Shown here: positions 48,407-61,640 of the stretch, piece by piece
How the letters are laid out: the number at the start of each line of letters is the position of its first letter
Position numbering within the stretch: the first letter of the stretch is position 1
Assembly (NCBI RefSeq): GCF_018350175.1
Contig: NC_058368.1
Span: 194,744,001 to 194,808,000 of the forward strand
DNA: 64,000 nt
From: Felis catus
Taxonomy: Eukaryota
Direction: 5' to 3'
The notes under the pieces: model-generated
What the model was told of the DNA's origin: nothing
Databases searched by the model: none
Seen by the model: the letters and a program-made list of their open reading frames with translations, nothing else
Made by a program: the position numbers and the translations under genes

Positions 48407-48532
48407 TGTGCCTGGGTGGCTCAGTAGGTTAAGCATCCGGACTCTTGACTTTGGCTCAGGTCATGATCTCATGGTTTGTGGATTCAAGACCGGCATCAGG
48501 CTCTGCACTGACAGAGCGGAACCTGCTTGGGA

Positions 48533-48588
<56 letters not shown>

Positions 48589-48646
48589 CTCCCCCACTTG
48601 TTCTGTATCTCTCTCTCAAAATAAATAAAAATAAACTTAAAAGAAA
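48407..48646 (+). mobile_element. CanSINE
   Basis: 19-bp TSD tttagaagtgaattgccag at 48388-48406 and 48647-48665. Confidence 0.95.
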
Positions 48647-50339
48647 TTTAGAAGTGAATTGCCAGATTGTGAAAATGAGAAAGTCAATTCATCTTTAGCC
48701 TTCACCATTGTACCCCACCCACTCCCCATGTTGCCTACCACAGAGTAGATTTTCAACACTTATTTACTAAACAAATAAAATAGTGTAAATCTAAATACGG
48801 AGCTTCTACTTTGAATGATCTGATACCAGTTCCTCCACAAAGATCTGCATCAACAGTGGCTCATGATTTACAAATAGTGATACGAGAGAAATTAAAAGAA
48901 AAAAAGGAGACCACCAGAGTCAGACACGTGGCTATCATCAAGAAAATGAGAGGCAAAGATATCTTGAAGCAAGGAAGGTCAGAAAAACTAAAAAGCAGGC
49001 AGAACCCAATAAACACGAAGCTTTCAGCATTGGTTTGGGGGCAAACAGTGTAGTTCATTAACCACCTAGGGAATTACTATATTACTGGCATAGAACAACT
49101 GTCATCCACTTGTTGTCTCTAAGTAAATGAGAAATGTTAGGTTATATTGATTCAATCTGTCTAAAAAAAAAATTACTAAGAGTCTCTACCTAAATGGAAA
49201 AATTCTCAGCTTTATGGAAAATTCCACTATCTGAATTGCTTCATTTCCTGAGGCATTTTAGATAGCCAGGATTTTTACTGTATTGCTATTATTTTTATTA
49301 CCGAAGAGTTCTCGCAACCAACAGTAGGTGATATTGGTGCTAACCAGGTCAATCTGGAACCCCGTCCGAGGCCTTCTCTGAGCACCTTCTGAGCAAATGC
49401 AAGCACGGGAGACCCAGGGCAGCCCCTCTCGCTGTCAAGAAGTCAGATAGGGCATGAGTCATTGCAAGACGGCGACCTCTCTCTTGAACCTCTCCTTAAC
49501 AGAGTAGAATGTAATAAACCCTTCCTCTCCTTCGTTTCTTCCCTTTCTACAATGCGTAAGTTGCTGGGATAAAAGTACATACCACATTTCTTCAATTCAC
49601 TTCTGTCTCCACACTAGAAAGCCTGGCACACGGAAGGAAGACCTGTGAATGACCAAGAAAAGCCTCGATTTCCTCTGATCATGTCACGGGCAGAAAGTGC
49701 TTGACTGTGTAATCTGAATCCTTCCGCGGCGTGAAGTCCATTCACTCTGGTTGAATTTAGAAGTTCCCTCCACTAAGAAGGGAGGCGGAAAAAAAGGAAG
49801 TACTAGCTCACTTTGGATGTAGTTGTTCTCAATCAATTTTACTTCTTCATCTGCATTTCCAAACCTTGAATATTTATCTTACTATTTTTTCTCTCACTGT
49901 TTTAGCAAGAACTCACCTCTTATATTAGTGCAAATACTAAAGAAATAGCCTTGGGTTGTTAATTATTTTCGGTGTGTTTAGCACACACACATACACACAT
50001 ACGAGAAGATATTAATAAATACAATCGGACTCCACCCATCGGAATTAGGCTGCCTAGAGAATAGGGCATTCCCTGTAATCAGAAGGTAAGATTACTTCTG
50101 GTCAGTAGTTCAAGACATACACAAAGTATTGGACTAGATGTCTCCAAACGTCCTTCTTTGCTGATGTTCTGTGATACAGTGAGACTCCAAGCTTAAATGT
50201 GAATTTGGAAAGAAGCTAGAAGGAGGGAGGGGAGCAGCCTAGTTGTGCTGGGCTTATCTGATGCCAAAAGTTATGCTTGGGGTATTCAGAGTGCCCATGA
50301 TTTGCAGTGCAACACATCGGTGACGGCATCATCATCGTC

Positions 50340-50580
50340 ATCGCAAACCTGCATTTGGTACCTATAGTGCACCAGCTACTCTGTGTATTACTTCAGTCCA
50401 CCTCACAACAGACCTATCAGATAATGACTATTATTATACCCATGTGTCTCAGGAGAAAAACGAGGAACACACAAGTTGGATAATTATCACAAAACTGGTA
50501 AGTAACAGATTCGAGACTCGAACCCAGGCTGTCTGGCTCCAGAGCTAGTACTCTTAACTGGCTCCGTCATGCTGCCTCCC
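50340..50580 (-). mobile_element. MIR
   Basis: 'cctcacaacagacctat..actattattatacccat..ctcgaacccaggctgtctggctccagagc'. Confidence 0.8.
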
Positions 50581-51649
50581 AAAAGTAACCCCTTGCATTT
50601 GTAACATTTTATATGTTAAAAAAAAAAAAAAAAGACCATGGTCTCTTTTCATTCTTCTAGAAGTCTCCTGAGGCCAGGAAGTTCTCCCTAAATGACAAAT
50701 TAGGGATAGATGGTCAGGGAGGGGGATGACTTATCCATGGTCACCTAACAGTGAGAGGCAGAGCCTCTTGGTACTCTGCCCACATGTCCCTTTTCTGTCC
50801 CCACACTGCCCTAGCTCTCCTGCAGCTCCTAGCCCAGTTGCCCGGGGAAGAAAAGTAGCACATGGTTAATCCCCTGCTCGCAAACTGGCCTCTCAGCCAT
50901 GCGCCCTGAGTCCCAGACGCTTCACTTACAGCCACAAACTCCCTAGAGGAAGAAATAGCCAGAGGAAGAAGATTAAGAAAGAGACACAACGCTTGTGCTG
51001 CAAATCTAACAGACATCTCTGTTGCAATCCTTTCCTTTAGCCCCTAAGCCTACCAGTCTTCAAGCCCTAGAGGTAATAATAATAATAGAGTCCCGTTTCA
51101 CGTAAGAGAGAATGAAATTTGAGTGGTCTCCTCACTGTCCTGCCTCCTCTGTCACCTCTTCTTCTCTCCTACTGTGATAACCTCTTCACTGGCATCTTTC
51201 TTTTCTTCTCTTGCTCCTTCAATCCTGTCTGCACAAGATACAGGGCTATGCTCCCTGGATCACGGTTCCGATCATGACCTTCTCATCATCAAGAACTTTC
51301 AATAGCTCCCACAACTCACAACACTAAATCCCAACTCCCTAGCCTGCTCTTCAGTCCCTCCAGGACTTGGCTACAACGTTTACTTTGAGCCTTATCTTTG
51401 CTACGGACACCTAAGCTCTGGTCACAGCCGTACCCAAGAAAAGAACCAAAGAAAATCCTATGCACCCACTCCTTATGATGATTTCTCCACTGGAATCCTT
51501 TGCCTACTTAAGGCTGTACTCAAATGCCACCCATGATGAAAATGTCCCTCATTCACCTCTCAGTATAAATTGCTCTATGCTTTGCCCACCCCCCGTGAGT
51601 ATTATATTCAGTACTGTGTGTGTAAAAATGCCCATCCCATGGTCTCTTA

Positions 51650-52435
51650 CAGGGCTAAACATACTCTTACCATATGATCAAGCATCACATTCCTTGGTAT
51701 TTACCCAAAGAAGCTAAAAAGTTATGCCCACACAAAAAATCTGCACAATCATGTTTAGAGCAGCATTATCTATAATTGTCAAAACTTGGAAGCAACCAAG
51801 ATGTCCCTCAGTAGGTGGACGGATAAATAAACTGTGGTGCAGCCAGACAACAGAGTATTATTCAGTGCTAAAAAGAAATGAGATATCAAGCCATGAAAAT
51901 ATATGGAGGAACCTTGAATGTATATTGCTAAGTGAAAGAAGCCAGTATTAGAGGGCTATATACTATGTGATTTCAACTACGCGACACTCTGGAAAAGTCA
52001 AAACTATGGACACAGTGCAGATGGGTGGTTGCCAGGGGCTGCAGGGGAGGGATGAATATGCAGAGCACAGAAGATGCTCAGGACAGTGAAGCCATTTTGT
52101 ATGTTACCATAATAGATAGACAATATCTTAGACACTTAATATCTTAGACACTTAATAATAATAATAGACATTTGTCATTGCACATTTGTCCAAAGCCGTA
52201 GGATGTGCAATACCAAGCGTGAACCCTAACGTAAACTGTGGACTTTGGGTGATGATGATGTGTCAACCGATGTAGCTTTATCACCTGTAACCTATGGACC
52301 ACTCTGGTGGGGGATGTTGATACTGGGGGAGGCTGTGCATGTGTGGGGGCGGGGGTTATATAGGAAATCTTCATACCTCCCACCAATTTTGCTGTGAACC
52401 TAAAACTGTTCTAAAAAATAAACTCTATTTTTTTA
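51650..52435 (+). mobile_element. L1 3' end (L1MC1-like)
   Basis: ORF2 C-terminal translation TWKQPRCPS..INKLW..EYYS; 'gtgaaccctaacgtaaactgtggactttgggtgat', 'gctgtgaacctaaaactgttctaaaaaataaa'. Confidence 0.9.
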
Positions 52436-53659
52436 AATGTCTGCCTTGTGTGTCATAAAGCCCTTAAGAGAATGAAACGTGGCTTCTGCTCCTGTATACC
52501 CCTTATATCTTATCCCCCCCACCACAGCAGGTGCTAATAAATGTTTGTTGAATTGAATTAAATTGAGAGGTCATCTGGGGGATAAGAGCTAGAACTTTAT
52601 CATAATTTGGACTCTGAGACGACGGGGAAGTTGAAGGACCAGTGACCTCTCTCTTCAGAACTCAATTATATGCATAAGAACAAATGTCTCAGATATCTAG
52701 CTATTAATTTGCTCACAACCAGCTCAGCCTCCAAAGTTCACAAATGTCCCTTTCAATTTCTCAGCCACATCATTCACAGGAAATGCGATTCTCTTCTCAT
52801 TCACTGAGTCGCAGTGGCCCTGGTACCGTCTCCTTTCCCTACCTGGCCTCCCAAATCTCCTCACGCATTCTTATTCTTTTTCACTTGCCACCATCAACTA
52901 CCTGGGCATCAAAATACCCATCACCACAACTTTTATGGGACCCATGGTTTCCAGCTCAGCATCATAAATCCATAGCTGAGGACCACAGGTTTTATCGGCA
53001 GCCTGAGTCAAAGAATCTATTCTAATTAATCCTCTATAAAAAAAAAAAATGATGGCCTTCTGCCATCTCTCAGGAAGGAGCCAGCAAACCCAGAGTGAAA
53101 GAAAACCACAGGCCTGGCTTCCTATGAAATCAATACAACCTCATTCTGAGCTCTGTTCTGGGTCACACAGAAGGAGCAGCCTGTGTGGCCGAGATCATAG
53201 GAGAGGTCTCTGGCAAGGAGTCTGACGGCTGGGGTGACAGGAGCTAAAGAGCCCCTTCTGCACCATAGACCCCATAAGGCCCAGTGCCTTTAAAGACCCT
53301 TAACCCTTTGAGACACATTCATTCATTAATAACAGGGGTTAACAAAATTCAGATGTGGCTGTGCGCTTGGCATGATAGGGCCTCAATCTTGAGCATGCAG
53401 GAAATGGAGAAATCCGGGACAACAGAAGAGAAAATTCACATCATTATTGATGCTGATGCTGTTCGGCCACAGGGCAGTTGGACGGTCCAATGTTCAGTGA
53501 CCAGCACATCCCACAATTTCAGGGATGGCTCAGCCAGTCCCCAGGGGGCAGTGAGGTGGGACACGTGGCAGGTCATGGCCAAAGCAGGCTCAAGAGAGTG
53601 GCAATGCCTGCAGTCAGGGGGATCAGATGCTGTGCTTCAGATGACAAACTGCGGAGTAG

Positions 53660-53830
53660 AGATGTAGTGAGGTATGGGCTGGAGCCAGACACACCTGGCT
53701 TTAAGTCCACTTCTTTCTACCTGGAGGGCCTTAAGCAAGTTACTTAGGTTCTCTGAGTTTGTTTCCTCTTCTGGAAAATGGGATAAACAGTAACAGTACT
53801 CAGTTAACCAGCTTGTTGTGAAACTGTCTT
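53660..53830 (+). mobile_element. MIR
   Basis: 'ggctggagccagacacacctgg..gcaagttactt..tctctgag..gtttcctc..ctggaaaatgggataa'. Confidence 0.8.
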
Positions 53831-54629
53831 CACGGGGGGATGGTGTGTGAGATATTGAGTGTTGTGTTTTTCCCCTTCCTTCCCCTGAGTCCAGGACCCC
53901 CTCACCCACTGAGTGGATCACAACATCTGAGGCCAAGACTGTCCCAAGCATGAGAAGTATCATAAATGAACTCAAGGAAAGAGACAGCAAAATTTTTCCC
54001 TTTTAGCCATGTTTCAAGTGTAATACAGGAAAGGGAAGAATGTCGCTACACACACAAACACACAGTTCTCTGAGTCTCAGGAAGTGAACAGTGAAGGAAA
54101 GGAAGAAATCTCGGACACTAATGACAGGCCCTGTGCTCCACACCTGACCATCCTCTTCCCCTTTTCCAACTTTTCTCTGAGGTTCTGGGAGGATAGCAAA
54201 CCCCTCCAATCAAACCCTAAGCCATTGGAGAGAAGTAGAAATGGGAGGGCCACATAGGGTAGAGGACAGAAAGGACTGAGTGACGGCCCAGTGCACTGCC
54301 ATCAGCTGGACAACATGGACAAATGTTCCTCTCTGAGCCTCTCTGCAGCATCAACTCCAATGGAAAGGAAGGACACAGGGAAATCCTGAGTTTTCCTGTG
54401 CTTAAATCCATAAGACCCAAATAATTGAAATGGCTCAGTTCTCCTGGAAGTGACTAGAATATACGTTCTGGCTTCTGGTGGACTGGAGCTCAAAAGAGAG
54501 AGTTGATTCTGTTTTAGGAAAATAGGGAAAGTTATGTTTTGGTAACTGTAGTTCATGGCATATATGCCTATATATTTACACACACACATAAATAGTAAAA
54601 GGATTGATAATGATAATGATAACCAAAAT

Positions 54630-54890
54630 AATATAGCAACTAAACATATTGAGTGCTTCCCGTGTGCCAGGTACTGTTCTCACAGCTTTATATAAATTAC
54701 ATCATTTCTTTCTCACAGTAATAGGCCTATGGACTCAGTATTATTACCATCCCTTTTAGGGGATGGCTAAACTGAGCATAGAAAGGTCCGACAAGTTTGT
54801 CCAAGGTTACATCATAGAAGAGTAGGGCCCAGAATTTAAACTCAGGCTACCTGATTGCAGGGCCCACATTCTCAATCACTTCTGCCATCT
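54630..54890 (-). mobile_element. MIR
   Basis: 'tattgagtgcttcc..gtgccaggtactgttct..tattattaccatccc..aaactgag'. Confidence 0.8.
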
Positions 54891-55589
54891 TGCTTCCACG
54901 TTGAGCTTTCAACATACTACAGCACATTTACTTATAATTTAATGAGTGTAGACTCTGACTTGGACACTATGCTAATAGCTTGACTCGTATCATAGCCATA
55001 CTCTTCATAATAATCCCAGGAGAAATGTTTCACTATCATCACCTTTTTAAAATTGAGGAAACTGGGACTCTGAACCTGAATCTACCTGGCTCTAAAAAGT
55101 ATGCTCCCAACCCCATCCTATACAACCTCCATGGAATCACAGATAGGAGGCTTGGCTCCCTGCCAGCTTTAGAGCAAGGGCTCCACTCATGTAGCTGCCC
55201 ATATGTAGGTCATGATGGTGAGGTTGGGATATGGGTTCCTGGCAGCCCCAAGTCCAGAGGTGGGGGCTTGGGAGGGAGAACCATGTAGGAATCAGGTCGA
55301 ATCTCACAAAGGAAAGGCCTGGCAAATACTAGGGGGGCATCCAGTCACAAGAGAGGCCCAAGGAAAGACTCAGGTCCCAGCAGACAGCTAGAGTGTTTGG
55401 CAGATGGAATGAGTCTTGGGTGAAGAGGGAGTACTGGATTCAGAGGCCACAAGGGTCTTTAGGAAATGAGACCTGACTCTTGGAACAGGGGCATAGCCTG
55501 GTCCCAGCACAACCCAGTTGTGCTCATCTTGAACTCAGTTCAAGATGGTGGTCATACTGAATCTAAAAGAAGACATAATTGTGCTTCAT

Positions 55590-55715
55590 GCTATAGATAA
55601 GGAAATTGAGGTCCAGAGAGTGTAAGTAATGAACATGGTCACACAGCTGGCAAGTGGCAGAACCAGGGACACAGCTGGTTCTCTCTGATTCCAAACTCCA
55701 TGCTTTTTCTCACCA
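55590..55715 (-). mobile_element. MIR fragment
   Basis: 'tagataaggaaattgaggtccagagag..ggtcacacagctggcaagtggcagaacc'. Confidence 0.8.
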
Positions 55716-56427
55716 TGGCTTTTATCCCAAGCACTTGTGGCCTGACTCAAAGGAAAGAAAGGCGAGCAATGATACACTCTGCCAGTCTCCTGTGGTTCAG
55801 ATGGCCCTGACCTGTAATCAACAAGTATGTTCAATTGTCTAGGCTTGCCTGCCACTTCTCGTCCAGAGCAAGCTGACGTCAGACCCCAGACCTCTCCCAG
55901 GCAAGGTATTAAAGAAATAAAGTCCCATTTCACAAGCAGCTAAATCCTATTTGACCAGCTTTGCCAGGGATTTCCTGGGCTTAATCGCCTGCTAGCTCTG
56001 GACAGTGAGGAAGTTGCTGGGCTATGACTTTGTTTTTGTCTGTCCTTCTCCCCTGATGTGATTCCACTCCTAGGGACACCACTCAGTGTTTACACAAGAA
56101 AATTTACTGAAGTGGGGCTCATGGTGGCAAAAAGAGAACAGAAAAAAAGAAAAATCCACCAATAGGAAATAAAGACAACACTATAACAGTTAAAATGAAT
56201 ATTCTAGAGGTACACATGCCAATGTTTATAAATCTCTAATGTTCAGTGAAAAGAGAAAACTGAAAAAGGATATGTATAATATGACAATATTTCTATGAAG
56301 TTTAAAAACATGATTGCATAGTGACTCCAACATGCAGAAAATTCACAAAGTCGTGCATGAAAATGCTAACCACTATATTTAAGATGGTGGTAAACTCCAA
56401 AAGGAATAACATTAAGAAGAGGTCTCT

Positions 56428-56544
56428 GGGGACGCCTGGGTGGTTCAGTGGGTTAAGCATCTGGCTCTTGATTTCAACTCAACTCAGTTTGTGAGTCTGA
56501 GCCCCACACTGGGCTCTGTGCTGACAGTGCAGAGCCTGCTTGGG

Positions 56545-56602
<58 letters not shown>

Positions 56603-56667
56603 TCTGCCCTTCCCCATATGTGCTCTCTCTCTCTGTCTCTCATAAATAAATAAACTTGAAAAAAAAA
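56428..56667 (+). mobile_element. CanSINE with long (CT)n, inside an old L1 fragment (~56160-56830)
   Basis: Head ggggacgcctgggtgg; 'aagaagaggt(c/t)tctg' duplicated on both sides. Confidence 0.93.
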
Positions 56668-57049
56668 GAAGAGGTTTCTGAAGCGGTAAAGGTTTGTAAT
56701 CCTTTACTTCTTTTTTTAAAAAATCAAAAGCAAAGAAGGCAAAAGTTAAGATCTGTCAAAGCCGGGTTATGGGCACATACATGTTTATAATATATTATTA
56801 TCTTCAGGTTTGAAAATCTAAATTTTTATTAAAAATATTTTAAAAAACTAATGGTTGTACCTTAAGTATTATAGTAAGATGTGGGACTTTAGTCTGAAAG
56901 CAAGTAAGATTTCTACACAACGAGAGACACAATCAGACATCCTGGTGGAGAAAGAGAAATGATCATCACATGGAGTTAGGAAGGCCGGGTCAAGTTCAAT
57001 AGCACACTACGAACCGAAAGAGGCAACAGATGAGAAACCAAGTATTGCT

Positions 57050-57700
57050 GAGATTAGTCTTCTCCATCCCTCATCCCTGCCTCTGAGAATTCCACCCTCC
57101 GCCTCATATCATTCCCACCATGTACTCCACTGACGGATGCCAATCATAGTTTCCTCCCCAAGGGTGTGCATGGGACCCAAGCTGGGCCAACAATGGTACC
57201 CCACCAAGGCCTATACTGATTGGTCCAAGAATGGGCAATAACCCAGAGCTCGGCCAATCATAGCCAATCTTTTTCCTAGGCTATCTTCCTGAATGGGAAC
57301 CAGAAGAAAAGGGTAGGGGATGGAAGACATGAGTACACAGCTCTCTGTGGCCACAATCCCTGAGCAAGAGAAAAAAAGCTAGTCTGGGGTTGGAGAGAAT
57401 GAAGCTACTCTGGAGAGAGCAGCAGTACCAAAAGATTTCTAGGCCATGATGAGTTTCCAGTCCCATGTGCACCCTGCGATACCCCTGCCCTGTGTATGAG
57501 TAGCAGTGGCTACCAAGGATGCCTTCTGAACCAATTCTGCCGGGTGATTTTGGACATTGATCCTGGCTGCCCAGCGTCCTGGTTCTCTAGTGTTCTGGAA
57601 CATTCTGAGAACTACCCAATGCTGTTTAATAATTCTTCTTACTACCTAAATGAGCAAGCTTTGTTCTCTGTTATTTGCAACCAAGAACCTGATGTCAACA
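57050..57700 (+). mobile_element. Old MaLR/ERVL LTR sequence (possibly two fused LTR fragments)
   Basis: 'catgggacccaagctgggccaa..tgattggtccaag..ggccaatca' and 3' 'ttctgagaactacccaat..tctgttatttgcaaccaagaacc'. Confidence 0.6.
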
Positions 57701-58179
57701 GGTAGTACAACCACTGTTTTCTCTGGAGACCCCAGGAAGAGGACATCTCAAATGGCACTGCATGTACATGAGGACTAAGCCAGTCAGGGCTCGGAGTAAT
57801 CAGGATCTCACTGTTTCCATGCTGGGCTCATTCTCTGAGAACAAGGTGCCTCTTCCAAAACATGATCTTAACAAAGCTGACCCTTCATAGAACATCTAGC
57901 ATCCTGTTGCTATTCTTGCAGATAGCACCTAACATTGCAAAATCCACACAAGCCCATCACATCATTCCACTCCCAGAGTAGCCCCAGGTGGTGAACGAGG
58001 GGAGCCTGAGACTGCTAGCCTCATTCAATTGGGGGGGAATCTGAATTTTGGAGAAATGATGTAGCCAAGTCACATGGCAACTTGACAACTGTTGCCTAGA
58101 ACAGAGTCCAGGCCCTCTGATGCCAGTCCAACACACCGAAAAGGAACTAAGGCTAAAGAGCCAGGGAACACGACGCTAA

Positions 58180-58405
58180 CAAACACTCCCATGGTGCTAA
58201 TTATATACCAGACACTGTTCTAAGTGCATTAACTCACTTAATCCTTCTTACAACCCTATGACGTTAGCTCTAGAGTGGCCCTCGTTTTATAGATGAGGGA
58301 ACAGAGGCACAGAAAGGTTAAGGTATTTGTCTGAGGTCACACAGCAGCCAAGTGGCAGAGCTGGGATTCAAACCAGAATAGAGTCCACGCTCTTAGCCAC
58401 CATGT
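58180..58405 (-). mobile_element. MIR
   Basis: 'ccagacactgttctaagtgc..attaactcacttaatcc..tagatgagggaacagaggcacag..ggtcacacagc..gctgggattcaaacc'. Confidence 0.88.
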
Positions 58406-60185
58406 TAAGTAGGGTGGGAGGAGTAGTCTTCCCGGGATGCAGGTTTCTTGACCCCTACCTTCCTTGGAATGAGAGGAAATTCTAGAAGGCCTGGTTGTGA
58501 AGGGGTCCTGAGAGCCTCCCCACCCCCCCCCCACTCCCCATCCCCTGCAATTGAGGCTGGTCTACATGCAGGTGTCTTGTGCTAAAAGCCTGGAAGGGAA
58601 GTGTGCTAAGAGAGCAGGTGCTGAATTGCAGAAAAGTTAAATATGGAATGGGAGCACCGAAGGCTGCAATAAGAGCAAGGAGGGTAAAAACCAATTTCAA
58701 AACAGAGCCCCAGGCAACGATTTGGAGAGAAAAACCAATATATATGGTATAACATAATAACTGTAGCGACGCCTTCCATTTACCTCACCCTTTCCTTTGG
58801 AGGAGGCCAAAGAAGTCCATAATTGTTATTACAGTTTTTCCTTCTTGAGGCCTGGGACCTGCTTAAGGTGGCCGAGGGCTTTGTCATTATGTGCAGGGGA
58901 GAGGGAAGCACCGAGAGGTCAACGCGGAAATCACAGAGCAGCGAGGTATCACTCAAAGCCAACTGTCCAGGCTCAAAAGCCGATAGGCAAGAGCCCATGC
59001 ACTGAAAATCAATTCAGCAAAGGATTGATTTACACACAGCTGTCAGACAAATACTGACACTCGCTCCAGGAGAATTGGCCACTGCCGTTTTACCTCCAGG
59101 GCGTGGACAGAAGGAGCAGACACAAGCGGACAGGCAGGGGCGGGTCATGGGGCAGAGGATAAGGAACCAGAATGGGGAATAAGGGACAAAACTGAAAGAG
59201 ACAGTACAGTTCTCATCAGAGAAAGCCCACCACTCACAGAGCCACAGCAAGCCAAGAGAAAATGTCCTCAGTGAATCAAGGAATTGGCCATCTGGCAAAC
59301 CAATCATGCAGCAAAGGGCTCTCATCTAGCTGGTCTGGGCATCCTGCAAGGGTGCCCTCTGCAGTACAGTGGGCAGCAGGGAATTGTGTCTCTAACCACC
59401 CCTCCTCCATCCTCCACCCACTTCACCCCAGGAACACAGGTCTCTCCCCACCACACTGGCTCTCTGGAAATGATTCCATCATTGTCATCATTTCTTTCTG
59501 GGGTTCTGTCCCCTTTTTACTCATTTTGTACTCAGGTGGGGCTATCCACTCTTCCCCCATACAACCTCTACATCCTCACCCCCCACCTTTACCTATTCCT
59601 TGCACCTGGAGTGACCTCTCCATCCTCTTAGGGGATCCATTCATGTCTGTGTATACACAAGGAAGAAAGAACAAGAGAATAAAGGAATCATTTAGTCTAA
59701 AACATGAAGGTCATTCCCACTGTTCCCTTTCCAAGATTCATGGAGTCAGGGGACATAATCCTATCGTACACACTGAAGTACAGGGTGACATCACTGATCA
59801 CATAAGAGGGAACTGCCCGGGCATCAGATGATCTGGTCAAGTGTCCAGTTTGCCGCCATCTCCAAGTGTGACCTCATCCATGTCATTTCCACTCTGAGCC
59901 CCCATGGACCCATCTGTGAATGGGCACTAACACCCTGCTGTGCTGCTCTACTCTGTGATTTTGACAATCACTCTATCTGATGAAAGTGGGAGGCTATATG
60001 ACAGAACTGTCTTATGAGAACTTTTAAGGGATACAGGGAAACAAAAATGTTCTTAAAATACCTCCAGATGATACTTGATGGCCAAAAGACACAGCTTCAT
60101 ATAAAACAAACTTTTTACAAAGTTAGAGTTCCTCATACCTTACTCCTGAAATGAAAGTAAGACCCAAATCCCACTTGGGTATAAA

Positions 60186-60463
60186 ATTTTATTTTATTTT
60201 TTATTTTATTTTATTTTATTTTATTTTATTTTATTTTATTTTATTTTATTTTATTTTGTTTTGTTTTATTGTTTATTTATTTTGAGAGAGAGAGAGAATG
60301 AGCATGTATGTGTGCAAGCAGAGAGAAAGGGAGAGAGGGAATCCAAAGCAGGCTCCGCTCTCAGCACAGAGCCTAACATGGGGCTCGAGCCCATGACCAT
60401 GAGATCACGACCTGAGCTGAAATCAAGAGTCAATGCCCAACTGACTAAGCCACTCAGACGCCC
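60186..60463 (-). mobile_element. CanSINE with (TTTTA)n tail
   Basis: Minus-strand head at 60463; pentamer tail at 60190-60270. Confidence 0.93.
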
Positions 60464-61255
60464 TTTGCACATAAATTTTAAAAATAAAATGGGTTTGTGT
60501 CAGAAAGAACTGGTTTCAATCCAGGCCCCAAGATGTATTAACTTTAAGACTTTCTTATATTACAAATTATTTTTCCTAACCTACAAAGTGGGCATAATAA
60601 CAATGACCTTACTGAGATGAATCCGATTGGTGGTGTTTACAAAGCATCCAGCACAATCCCTTGCACAAAGCAAAGCCCAGAATCATGACAGGAAGTGTTC
60701 TGTATTCTCTTTCCTCCTTCCCCAGAAACTGGAATTATAACAAGCATGAAGTGAATGAAATAGGCAGAAGCACTCCTAACTTTTGCCCCATCACAGTTCT
60801 CCCTGATCTGGATCTTCCACGCCTTGTAGACAGACTTCAGTTCTCTACACGTTTCTCGAACTCGTGTGGCTATTCGAAAGTTCTACTTGAATCCAAAATA
60901 GATGAGTGAAACAGATGCGTGGATTTTTCACTTATCAAACATTTACTACACATCAAATTCACCAAAAATCTGTTGAGTATCTATTCCTGTATGTCCCGAC
61001 TGGTACTGGGAACCAGGCTAGGGACATTTAGCATGTGCGACTTTGCCTTACAACAATCCCTTTAAGACTCAGTCTCATGGAATGCATCATAACTTAAAAG
61101 CAAGAATCACCATCCCTACATGCTCCGCTGGGTTACCCTTGAAGATACAGATTCATAGAACCAAGCCATGAAACTGGATTATTCAAGTGTTTCACAGGGA
61201 AAAGGAGAACTACTCATTTTAATGTTTCATTCAACTACACAAAAGAAAAGCACTA

Positions 61256-61475
61256 GGGGCCATGAGAGACTCAGCTGGTTAAGCATCTGATTCTTGATTG
61301 TGGCTCAGGTCATGATCTCACGTTCAGTTCATGGAATCAAGCCCCAGGTCAGGCTCTGTGCTGAAAGCATGACACCTGCTTAGGATTCTCTCCTTCCCTC
61401 TCGCTCTGCTCCTTCCCCACTCATTCTCTCCCTCTCTCTTGCTCAAAATAAATAAACTTTTAAAAAGAAAAAGAA
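61256..61475 (+). mobile_element. CanSINE
   Basis: 'aaaagaaaag(c/t)actag' duplicated on both sides. Confidence 0.9.
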
Positions 61476-61640
61476 AAGAAAAGTACTAGCTTAGTCTAGA
61501 ATTCTGGGCGCTCATCTTGGAATAATAATAAGTGTGTAATAATAGCCGTGTGTAATAGTAAGTCTCTTCCCCTCTCTGGGTCTCGAATTTCTCATCTGCA
61601 AAATAAGAAGTTTGACTGGGATCTGAATAGCAATAGGTCC

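Noticed and set aside
52122..52153. 16-bp tandem duplication in L1
   Set aside because: Neutral slippage within an old repeat.
58735..58747. CArG-like ccaatatatatgg
   Set aside because: Nine A/T bases between CC and GG instead of the six required for SRF binding.
59262..59831. 189-aa plus-strand ORF
   Set aside because: Ser/Pro/His-rich low-complexity translation with no recognised homology and no supporting gene structure.
4125..60620. Many ORFs reading 'MAQSV..TSAQVMIS..SPASGS' or 'DFGSGHDL'
   Set aside because: Translations of CanSINE bodies.
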